Part shown: one piece after another, positions 1 through 9,180 of the stretch
Position numbering within the stretch: the stretch's first letter is position 1
Layout of the letters: every line of letters begins with the position of its first letter
Source: Malacoraja senta
Taxonomy: Eukaryota
NCBI GenBank assembly: GCA_038087875.1
Contig: JAXLNO010000239.1
Location: 186,001-208,500, forward strand
DNA length: 22,500 nt
Reading direction: 5' to 3'
Position numbers and translations under genes: made by a program
The notes under the pieces: model-generated
What the model was told of the DNA's origin: nothing
Databases searched by the model: none
Seen by the model: the letters and a program-made list of their open reading frames with translations, nothing else

Positions 1-121
1 ATTATAGTTCCATGAGACAGCCTTCCACTTGCCTAGATACCTTATGGAAGAGTCCTATTGGTGACGGGCAAATAAATATTGGAGCCGTGGGAACAACCAG
101 AGAAACAGATCACCAAGAAAT

Positions 122-670
122 TCACCAGGCCTACAGTACATGATCTCCTGGTTCCCAAACACTAACTCCCACTCCCACTCCCACACTGACCTTTCTGACC
201 TGGGCCTTCTCCATTGTCAGTGAGGCCAAATACAAATTGGAGGAACAGCACCTCATATTTTGCTGGGGCAGCATACACCCCAATGATATGAACATTGATT
301 TCTCTAACTTCAAGTAACCCTTTCATCCCCCCTCTCTCTCTGTCCCTCCCCCACCCCAGTCATCACTGTAGTCCTGTTGAGATTCATTGTATGTATAACT
401 CGTTATCACCTAGCCCATTGTGGGCTCCATATTTCCTTGATCATCATTACTTTTTTACATATCTTTCATTCATTTTGTTCTATATCTCTCTACATCGCCG
501 TCTATATCTCTCGTGTCCCTTTCCCCTGTCTCTCAGTGTGAAGAAGGGTCTCAACCCAAAAGATCACCTGTTCCTTTTTTCCAGAGATGCTGCCTGTCCT
601 GCTGAGTTAGTGCAGTTTTTTGTGTCTATCTTCGGTTTAAACCAGCAAATGCTGTTCCTTCCCACACATC
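122..670 (+). mobile_element. Penelope-like element 3' fragment (end of GIY-YIG endonuclease coding region, 3' UTR/pseudo-LTR)
   Basis: Aligns by eye to the reverse complement of the 3' part of the Penelope-like copy at 15625-16130 (…AKYKLEEQHLIFCWGSIHPNDMNIDFSNFK*, stop at 315-317). Ends in the shared agatgctgcctgtcc…aaaccagca…gttcctt terminus. Confidence 0.85.
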
Positions 671-734
671 AGGAAATATATTTACGTTAGTGTTTAATAA
701 AATGGTTATCTGTTACCATTGACATACAAAGTGT

Positions 735-825
735 GTAGAAGTCTAAGCCTAAAATGTTAGTTTTGTTCCTCTTAACCCAGATCCTGCCTGACCTGCTGAG
801 TGTTTCCAGCAATTTCTGATTTTCC
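735..825 (+). mobile_element. Old, degenerate Penelope-like terminal (pLTR-type) fragment
   Basis: cagatcctgcctgacctgctgagtgtttccagca resembles the agatgctgctgacccgctgagttactccagta block at 11069-11100. Confidence 0.55.
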
Positions 826-1651
826 AACAGATACTTTTAATTTGCATTGAAAATGTTCAAGTATTTTTGTATTAATCCTAATATTTGCCCATACTGCGCC
901 TTTCAAATTGGCCCAAACAAAGAAAACAAAGTTAAGTCTATGATGTTTCCATGTCATTCTTGAGGTGTAGGCTTTTGCTTTTATTATTTTCCACCAGATA
1001 TTCTTCTTAGGTTCATGTCATCCAACACAGACTGCATTCCTTGATTAGAAATTAACATGACAAAACACTAAACTGCCCAAGTTATAATGTTAATATCATT
1101 TTGAATCTATTGAAAACAAAATCACATATTAAAGTATAATTGTTCTCTGCTTTTTAACTGGCTGCTGCCTGTATTTTGCTAACTTTTCAAAATGATTGAA
1201 AGAATAAATCATGGCCATGTCTTTTATTCCAGACAAATGCAGCTGCTTTTAAGTGAATGCGAATTTGCTTAACAATTCAAAATAAATGTTCCCAGAGCAT
1301 AATATTATTATTATAATATATTAATTAACAATTCATTTAGATTGCATTAATATTCCGTGGGATATTTAGAAAAAGGCATTTGCTGGTCTCCTGTTTTATT
1401 TTGTCAGAAAAAGTTATGTCTGTGTGCTAGTTTAATTCAGCTGAAAAACACCATTAAGATTCATTAAAACATTCCATGGTCGTGGATGCATCAGCAGTAT
1501 TGCTTTTCTGCCAAAACTCATTCAGTTCTTGCAAGATACTAATTCTTGTTGCAAAACAATGAATACAATTGGCAATGCTGACACTGACACTATTTTTCCC
1601 TCGCTGCCAGAGTACCAAATAGTCACAGCTGCAGAATGGTTTTAACACTGA

Positions 1652-1905
1652 CATAAGAAAAAGGAAAGAAATGGGCCATACAGCACTTTGATAATTTATG
1701 GCTGATCCTTAATCATAATTCCTTCTCTTTCATCACTCTCATCATCCGAGAATCTTTCAATCTCCACCTTAAATATACTCAGTATCCAAACCCACCCACC
1801 ACCTTACCCCGCCACAGGTAGAGCACACTAAAGATTGACTACCTTCTGAGGGAAGAATTTTTCCTTATTATATGTTTCTTCTGAAATGGTCATCCACTGG
1901 TTCCA
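1652..1905 (-). mobile_element. Highly diverged CR1/HER1-type LINE 3' fragment
   Basis: ggccat…atggctgatc…ccttaaatatactca…accttctgagggaagaattt parallels the other minus-strand CR1 3' ends in the window (8963-9180, 15104-15198). Confidence 0.5.
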
Positions 1906-1914
1906 AGTTAAAGA

Positions 1915-2003
1915 CGAGAAGGCTGAAAATACTCAACAAGTAGGACAGCATCTATGGAAAGAGAAACCGAGTTAATGATTGAAGTCAATGACCCTCTACT
2001 AGA
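1915..2003 (-). mobile_element. Degenerate Penelope-like terminal (pLTR-type) fragment
   Basis: Reverse complement reads agggtcattgacttcaatcattaactc…ccatagatgctgtcctacttgttgagtattttcagc, homologous to the hammerhead-bearing terminus at 11017-11146. Confidence 0.6.
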
Positions 2004-2028
2004 GTCATAGAGTAATTCAGCACAGAAA

Positions 2029-2124
2029 TAGTAAGATTAAACGAGAACTTACCTAAGTTTGAAGTTTGATCTTTATTTTATGAGGTGATTACGTGAAGAA
2101 CCCCGCCAGTGCGCCTGCGCGTCA
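2029..2124 (-). repeat. DIRS right (3') inverted terminal repeat plus right extension
   Basis: 2090-2124 is the exact reverse complement of 5456-5490. 2029-2085 is the exact reverse complement of 2269-2325. Confidence 0.93.
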
Positions 2125-2247
2125 ATCTTCAAAGCAGCGGTGTGAAATCACAAAAAACAACAACCGAAGTAATATAGTCTCATAATAAAATGAGTAATAC
2201 AAGAACTTCCATCTGACCTTTATGATAGAGGGTAGGGTCGTGGTGGG

Positions 2248-2361
2248 CACGTAATCACCTACGTAACTCCTCATAAAATAAAGATCAAACTTCAAACTTA
2301 GGTAAGTTCTCGTTTAATCTTACTATTTTACTTCGGAGTCACGTGAGTGACTACGTGAAGA
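2248..2361. repeat. DIRS internal complementary region (ICR) spelling the circle junction
   Basis: 2269-2325 is complementary to the element 3' end (2029-2085). It is immediately followed by 2326-2361, complementary to the element 5' end (5481-5516). Confidence 0.95.
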
Positions 2362-2529
2362 TTTTAAAGCTTTGTGATTTCATGCCGTGGATCAATCCCG
2401 GCTTCTCACTGCATAGATTGACTCGGAACGAGAATAATCAATCATGCATTCATAATAACATTTGTACCACAAATGCAGTAATTCATTTCAATAATGAAAT
2501 GAATCAGATCCCCTTTAAACCAGAGGAAT

Positions 2530-3500
2530 TTACACAGAACTTAAAATAGTTTCTGCAAACAACCCCGCATTAACAATAGGCCGATGGTAAAAATGTTGAA
2601 ACATCAACTCATTGGACCACCCAGCAGCTGCGAGGATATGGTCGACGGGGACGTCTTTTGCCCTGACCGACGACGTTTCTGCTGCCCTAGTCGAGTGAGA
2701 CGTAAAAACATAAGTGTTAATACCAGCAGCTGTTAAGACTTCTTTTATCCATCTGGAAATAGTCTGTATTGAAACTCTCTTGTGTGGTTTCTTGTGTGTG
2801 ATCAACAACCCAGTTTCCGTATTCTCAAATTCTTTGTGACCTCAATGTATTGTAATAAATATGTCTTAATACAGAGACATGGATCACTTGGATATGCTGC
2901 TAGCATAATTTTAAATCCTGTCACACCTGGCCTAATTTACTTTAGTAGGTCATAGATATAGAATGTAACCTTGTCTTCAGTTACTTCTATACTGTCTATT
3001 TGTAATTTTCCAAGAGTTTGCACTCGTTGTGCTGTCACTCATGCCATAAGCATGAATACTTTCATACTGAGCTTGACCAAAGGTAAAGACACACTTGATG
3101 ACCATTCACAAAGTAGTTTCAGTACCACACTTACATCCCAGATTGTCACGTACCTAGGTTTCGGTGGTTTGGAATTAAAGATTCCTTTCATTAGTCTGGA
3201 AACAATTGGGTGTGACCCAATTGAGTTTCTTTCTGAATCCAGAACCAAATATGAGGACAATGCACTTCTGGCTGAATTAATTGCACTACATCACAGACCT
3301 TCATCATAATAAGGTTTTGACAGAAATTCTAAACATTTGAAATATCTGCAGTACTTTATTGCACATTCTTTTGTACACAGAACTCTTCCCATTTCTTAAT
3401 ATAAGAAAGGTACTGTTTTTGAGTGCTCTTCCTCCAGGCTGCCGTAAGCATGTCCACAGTATGCTCAGACAGTCCTCGTCCCAGAAAAGGCATTCTTAAA
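2530..3500 (-). pseudogene. DIRS tyrosine recombinase ORF, disrupted
   Basis: Motifs HPIVSRLMKGIFNSKPPKPRY..WDV, AQRVQTL, HSTRAA, AAGWS and FQHFY (R…HxxR…W…Y catalytic set). In-frame stops (MA*VTAQR; DLLK*IRPG) and frameshifts. Confidence 0.92.
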
Positions 3501-3509
3501 ACCTGCAAA

Positions 3510-3900
3510 TCAATAAATCCAAACGATCATATAATGGATGTTGTTCCCCTGTACAGGGTGCAGCAATAAATTACTCTTTTTTGTGACTTTCATCAACATT
3601 TGTGTTGTTAATTCTAATATCAACGGATACCATGGCTGTGTAGGCCAATCTGGTACTACCAATACCCTTGAAGCAGCATCTTGCCTGATTTTAAGCAAAC
3701 ATTGGCTTATGAGGCAGAAAGGTGGAAATATATATGAAAACATACCACCCCAATGTAGCGAGAAAGCATCAATCGCCACTGCTCCTGGATCTGGTTTCCA
3801 TGAGACATATCTCGATAGCTGATGATTCAAGTCGATGTCGGTCATTCCAAATCTGATTACTATATCATTGAATACCTCTTGATTCAACATCCATTCTTTA
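3510..3900 (-). pseudogene. DIRS methyltransferase-like (Dam/N6-adenine MT-related) domain at the pol C-terminus
   Basis: DIDL…NHQL.RYVSW.PDP.A.AIDAFSLHW…YIFPPF.LI…L.KI…VVPDWPTQPWY, the characteristic DIRS1 MT-like domain. The usual FAS segment after DIDL appears deleted. Confidence 0.88.
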
Positions 3901-3909
3901 TTATCATGG

Positions 3910-4405
3910 AACTTTTCGTGACCTGGTGTCTGCTATCGTGTTCATTCTACCTGGTAGATAGATAGCTGAAATCCAAATGTTCTTTTCAATACACCAAGAC
4001 CAAAGTTGATTTAACCATTTTGTCACATGACACCGACTTAATTCCACCCATATCATTAATATAGGCAACTACTGTTGTGTTTATTAATTTGAACTTGAAC
4101 CTTCCTTTTAGTTGTGTTAGAACCATAAGCTTGGAGTCCATAGAAACCTCCTAAAAGCTCCAAATAGGTAATTCCCCATGTCTGCAGTAACACTAACTTT
4201 TCCTGATTCCATCTGCCTCCGCAGCTCGATGTTAAGTCAGTTGCACCCCATCCTAGTGCACTGGCATCAGTTTGTAATATCATGGAATGTTGTTCAATCA
4301 GCACTTTGCCTGAACTGCTTGAGACATGTAGAATCCACCACTGCAGATTAGAAACAGCATTTGTTGTTACTTGCATGGTTCTATCAAAATGACCAGCATT
4401 TACAA
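3910..4405 (-). pseudogene. DIRS RNase H domain plus connection region, frameshifted
   Basis: LQWW…QTDASALGWGA…GGRW…ITYLELL, followed in shifted frames by NTTVVAYIN, MGG and YLPGRMNTIADTRSR. Confidence 0.9.
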
Positions 4406-5305
4406 CTGATGCAACTTCGTCATCTCTTGGCTGTTACCTGCTATTCTGGTAAAAGCAGTTATTCCAGAACCCAGCAGCTTTAATATTCTCTGCAACTGAT
4501 TCCAGATAATTTGGTTCACTGCTGCTGCTTTCAGCAACCCACAGTTACTTGGGATCTCCTGCTTTCTTGCAGTCTCATCCATCTCCATGTTCCAGCTGAT
4601 GGTAAACCAAGTAATTTATTAAGGAGGGCAGTTCTTCTCCTAATGGCTCTCCTGACCCTGACGGGGCAGCGAATTCTACTGCCAGGGATGGAACATCTGG
4701 CAGCTGCCGTTCATCGCCTTGTACAGCCTCACCGTCAGAGTCGGGGTCTGAAATCTCATGACCCGTAGCATGCTCCTCATTCCTGAGGGTGCATTCCATC
4801 AGCCCTGAGCCAGGTGCTGTTAAGCTGCTTCCTGCAGCTTGGATTACAGTACACTCCTTCCTGAGTGAACTTTGCTCCAACAGCCTATGGAAAAGGCTTT
4901 CTATTTGGGCAATACGCTCGAAAGCAGTATCTAGCCCTGTACCAGGAGCTGTTTGAGCTGCTTCCAGCAGCTTGGCTTTCAGTACACTCCTCCCTGAGTG
5001 AACTTTGCTCCAACAGCCTATGTAAAAGGCTTTCTATTTGGGCAATACGCTCGAAAGCAGTATCTAGCCCTGGAGCTACTTCCATTGCCTGGGACTCCCT
5101 CCGTGGGCCGTTGGGATTTAAACTTCATCTTTTGCCCGACAGGCGCTGACTGTGTTTTCACCAGCCCCAGGTCCACAGTCGCTATGCTCACCGCTGGCGA
5201 CTGTACCGGGGTTTAGAGGCGGTTGGTCTCTAACCGCAGACTCCCGACTTTCCCGACTTCTGTCGGCTGTGTCGCTCACCTCTTCCCCCTGTCCGTTTTT
5301 TCCAT
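4400..5305 (-). pseudogene. DIRS gag-like ORF1 (N-terminal part), frameshifted and truncated
   Basis: ATG in strong Kozak context (gacgccATGG, A at 5305). Low-complexity N-terminus, then IPSNC.LL….VNQIIW resembling DIRS gag. Position between the left ITR and pol. Confidence 0.65.
4801..5072. repeat. Tandem duplication (132- and 133-bp units) inside DIRS gag
   Basis: agccctg recurs at 4801, 4933 and 5066. 4861-4939 is nearly identical to 4994-5072. Confidence 0.92.
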
Positions 5306-5455
5306 GGCGTCTGTGGAAAAAATCCCCATAGACCCACAGTAAACGGAACTGGAAAACATGAAAAAAGTTTCTACTTACCTTGTAGTTGAAAAACTACAAA
5401 TCCACTGGAGGAGTTCTGCTCCTCATTTCCGTTTGCATCAAGGCGTCTGACGTAA

Positions 5456-5516
5456 TGACGCGCAGGCGCACTGGCGGGGTTCTTCACGTAGTCACTCACG
5501 TGACTCCGAAGTAAAA
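5456..5516 (-). repeat. DIRS left (5') inverted terminal repeat, starting TTTT
   Basis: Minus strand begins ttttacttcggagtcacgtgagtgactacgtgaagaaccccgcc. It matches the ICR and the right ITR. Confidence 0.93.
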
Positions 5517-5959
5517 CAGGTCCTTCAACTAAACTCATCCATGCCAACAAAGATATCCATCTAAGCTATTCCCATTAGCCCTTGTTGGACTCATATCCCA
5601 CTAAACCTTCCCTGTCCATGTACCCGTCCAAATATCTTTTAAATATTGTTATTGTACCTCCCACAAGCATTTTCTTTGGCAGCATTTTGCATAAACATGC
5701 ACCCCCCTCTGTTTGAAGAAGTTTCCCCTCTGGTTGCATTCAATCCTTTCCCCTCTCAACTTAAACCTATGCCCTCTGGTATCTGATTCCCTTTCCTTGG
5801 AAAAAAAAGCGCACTTTTCGTATCTAGGCCCCTCTTGACTTTATACATCTTTATATCACCTTAGCCTCCCTCACTTGAAGGAATCAAATCACAGCCAGCC
5901 CAACCATTCTCTGTAACTCAAGCTATTTACATGCTTGTAAATCTTCTTTGCGTTCTTTT

Positions 5960-6075
5960 CAAACATCACAACTTGTTTGCCTAAATTCTTTAGCTTCCAT
6001 AATCTGCTCCACAGTAAAAAGTGATGAGAAATATTTATTACAAATCTCACACTGATCGGTCCTGGGGCCAATGTA
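5960..6075 (-). mobile_element. Old CR1 ORF2 internal fragment
   Basis: Translates to CEICNKYFSSLFTVE, resembling the CR1 'LNEYFASVFT' motif. Confidence 0.5.
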
Positions 6076-6214
6076 GTTGCTCAGTTCTATAAATGATTTA
6101 AATGAGAAGATAGAATATAGAAAAGTACAGCACAGGAAAAAATCCTTCAGCCCACAATATCTGAATCTGACATCAATGAACATTTATAACCTGCAGTTTT
6201 TTACCCAGCTACTT

Positions 6215-7525
6215 TGGGCATCATTGTTGCGCGGTAGTAGAGTTGTTACCTTACAGCACACTTTGAATGAATGAATGAATGAATGAATGAATGAATGAAT
6301 GAATACTTTATTGTCATTATAACATGTAAACATGTACAACAAAATTAGAAATGCCAACCAGTCAGTGCACCATTCACACATTTTCTAAGAGCAAAAGTCT
6401 AAGATAAACAACTAAAATAAATAACATGAAAAAAAAAACATTCTTCTGTCAATTTCACAGTCCCTTTGGTGTGTAGCACACCTGCACTCATTTGGTGGCT
6501 ACATTAAGTGTAGTTATTGCTGTGGGATAAAAACTGTTTTTGAGTCTGTTTGTCCTTGTCCTCATTGATCTGTACCGTCTGCCTGACGGCAGCAGTTCGA
6601 ACAGGGAGTGACTGGGGTGGAAAATGTCCTTTATGATCTTCTGGGATTTTTTGAGACAGTGGGAACTGTGTAGGTCCTCCAAGGTGAGGAGAGGGCAGCC
6701 GATAATCTTCTGGGCGTTGTCAATAGCCCTCTGGAGCGCTTTCCTCTTAGCCGCTGTGCAGCTGGTGTACCACACGCATACACAGTATGTTAAGATGCTC
6801 TCTATTGAGCACCGATAAAAGAATAGCAGCAGTCTCTGGGTGATGTTGTTCTTCCTGAGCACCCTCAGGAAGTACAGTCTCTGCTGGACCTTTTTCAGCA
6901 GCGCAGAGGTGTTCACGCTCCAAGTCAGGTCCTCCTCAATGTGGATTCCCAGGAAGCGGAAATCCGCCACCCTCTCCACACAGTCCCCATCGATGATTAG
7001 TGGTGTAATGTCCGTTTTCTTCTTTCTGTAGTCTATTATGAGCTCCTTGGTCTTTGAGGTGTTGAGGAGCAGGTTATTTTCTCCACACCACCCTGTCAGC
7101 TGCTCCACCTCATCCCTGTAGGCGTACTCATCCCCCCCAGAGATGAGCCCCACCACCGTGGTGTCATCCGCAAATTTGACAATGGTGTTACTGTGGTGGG
7201 CGGGGGTGCAGTCATATGTGTAGATGGTGTAAAGCAGGGGGCTCAGCACGCAGCCGACCTTTGCTGCTGACCTTTGATGCTGACCTTTGGGTGCTGGCTG
7301 TATGGAGTTTACAAGTTCTCCCTGTGACCGCGTGGGTTTTCTCCAGGTGCTCCGGTTTCCTCCCACACTCCAAAGACGTACAAGGTTTGTCGGTTAATTG
7401 GCTTCTGTAAATTGGCCCGAGTGTGCAGGATGGAACTACTGTATGGGATGATCGCTGGCTGGCGTAGACTCGGTTGGCTGAAGGGCCTGTTTTCATTCTG
7501 TATCTCTAAAATCTAAAGTCTAAAG
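6215..7525 (+). mobile_element. HE1-like V-SINE split by the Rex1 insertion (pieces ~6215-6266 and ~7272-7525)
   Basis: Head gtagtagagttgttaccttacagc lies before the LINE. Body gggtgctg…ttctccctgtgaccgcgtgggttt…ctccggtttcctcccacactccaaagacg…gaagggcctg…tctaaag follows it. Confidence 0.85.
6265..7255 (-). mobile_element. Rex1/Babar-type non-LTR retrotransposon, 5'-truncated, with (TTCA)n tail
   Basis: Uninterrupted RT C-terminus GCVLSPLLY…IVKFADDTTVVGLI…LNTSKTKELIIDYRK…FLG…QQRLYFLR…FY…IESILTY…LLPSGRRYRS…RLKNSFYP. Stop at 6488, AATAAA near 6310, about ten TTCA units at 6265-6304. Confidence 0.92.
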
Positions 7526-8580
7526 CTACATATGTTTTCAGACCATACCTTGATACAGAAGATCCATTTGGCATAATTTGGGACCATCTGCAGGTCAGTA
7601 GAGTCTGGATTTCAAACAGCTATTAAAAAGTTTACAAATGCAATTTGGAAGCATCTCATGTTAGTACAGCAGGCTTCCAAATTGTAATTCAGCACAAAAC
7701 AGGCATTAACCTTAATTATGTGTCCCTCTGCTAAACTCCTCCACAATATGAGTCGTTCAGCTTGGAATAAGTTTTCAAAGTATTAATTATAAGTATTTTA
7801 GATTTTAGCCAGAACATAAAGTTCTCTTGGGATTCACGGTGGTTCCTCTTTGTGTATTATTATAATCCCATGATGGGGGAGGGTTAATGATAGGTGTGCC
7901 ACTCACAGTACCTTTCAGGACCAAATGGCAGAACAGATAATTTATATTGTGTAGATTACAGTTGCTCTGATTGTTTAACAATGTCATGAGAAATAAGATT
8001 ACCTTTCGTGTGGGAAGAAGCTTTATATTATTTTAATATCCAAATTTAGATTGCTTATTAAAAAAAATACTAAATAGCGCTGATCCAAAAATTGTTTTTA
8101 AAAAAAGACCATGCTCTCCCTAATTGTTTTGGAGTTTCTGCAGGATTATTATGCAAGGGTTTTTTGTTACGCAAACAAACTGGATTCCTTTGCAAGGTAC
8201 CTGTCGGAGGAAGCCTTGTAACTCTCCAGATAAGATAATAGTTATTCTTAGGATGGCTGTGGTCTTCATGTTTGTGCAGATTGCAGATGGGTGATTTCAG
8301 TGTAAGAGAGCGTTAAAAACTGTGCAGTGGTGCACTTCCCCAAACCAGAGAACATCAGACCACAGAAGGATGCCATTTCCCGAGCAGCTGTGGTTCATAG
8401 AAGTTTGGAAACATTTTTCTGCCATTTCGACAAGCTTCTTGTTTCCTCTTTGCAACTGTTGAACTACTGTAATCAGTCGTTCAGCCGCTAACTGCAGCAA
8501 GATCTCCTTCTATGCTTCCACTCTCTTTCTCTATAAATCCTAATATACAGTAACATTTGTAGAATCGGATTCAATTATAT

Positions 8581-8892
8581 AGTTTAGTTTAGTTTAAAGA
8601 TACAGCGTGGACACAGGCCCTTTGGCCAACCACGACTATTGATCATCTGTTCACACTAGTTCTATGTTGTTCCACTTTCTCATCCACTCCCTACACGCTC
8701 AGAGCAATTTACAGAGGTCAATTAACCTACAAATCCGTAAGTCCCTGTGATGTGGGAAGAAACCGGAACACCCAGAGGCGACCTACATGGTCACAGGGAG
8801 AACGTGCAAACTCCATACTGACAATACCCAAGGTCTGGATCGAATAGTAATTGTGAGGTAGCAGCTCTACCAGCTGTGTTACTGTGCCACCC
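8581..8892 (-). mobile_element. HE1-like tRNA-derived V-SINE
   Basis: Reverse complement of the SINE at 19013-19327, with a (CTAAA)n tail. Confidence 0.9.
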
Positions 8893-8962
8893 TATCATGT
8901 GAGCGATCGGGGAGCACTAGCTTCATTCACGGAACCTCAATGCTCTTCCTGATACCTAAATG

Positions 8963-9180
8963 ATCATAAGATCATGTGATAGTAGAATTAGGCCATTTGA
9001 ACAATCAAGTGTACTCTGCCATCCAATTGTGGCTGATCTACCTCTCCCTCCGAACTCCATTCTCCTGCCTTCTCCCCCCAAAACCACTGCCACCAGTATT
9101 AATCAAGAATGTATCTAACTCCGCCTCAAGTATATCATTTGAATTTGCCTCCACAGCGTTCTGTGGCAAAGAATTCCACT
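8963..9180 (-). mobile_element. CR1 LINE 3' fragment
   Basis: agtagaattaggccattt…tggctgatcta…ccattctcctgccttctcccc…ctccacagcgttctgtggcaaagaattccac. It parallels the reverse complement of 12620-12770 plus 13790-13850. Confidence 0.8.

Larger units (their letters stand above)
2029..5516 (-). mobile_element. DIRS1-type tyrosine-recombinase retrotransposon, internally deleted and non-autonomous (~3.49 kb)
   Basis: Perfect 35-bp inverted terminal repeat core (2090-2124 vs 5456-5490). Internal complementary region at 2248-2361. Minus-strand order gag-like, RNase H, methyltransferase-like, tyrosine recombinase. Confidence 0.95.
2001..5950 (-). mobile_element. CR1/HER1 LINE 3' fragment split by the DIRS insertion (pieces 2001-2028 and 5517-~5950)
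   Basis: Joining agagtcatagagtaattcagcacagaaa with caggtccttc… recreates the same 3' tail as 10453-10500. 5517-5890 parallels 10490-10900 (catatccc, ttaaacctatg, ctctggt). Confidence 0.8.

Noticed and set aside
2530..3900. Prophage integrase plus methylase (bacterial contamination)
   Set aside because: Linked to RNase H, ITRs and an ICR of a DIRS1 retrotransposon embedded among vertebrate repeats.
4801..5072. CRISPR-like array
   Set aside because: Simple tandem duplication without unique spacers, in a eukaryotic retroelement.
6488..7366. 292-aa ORF as a real gene
   Set aside because: Chimeric: the N-terminus is antisense V-SINE plus junction filler read in frame into a 5'-truncated Rex1 RT.
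8200..8540. Possible minus-strand coding exon (LLQLAAERLITVVQQLQ…)
   Set aside because: Stops occur in all frames between the plausible splice sites, and I recognised no homology.
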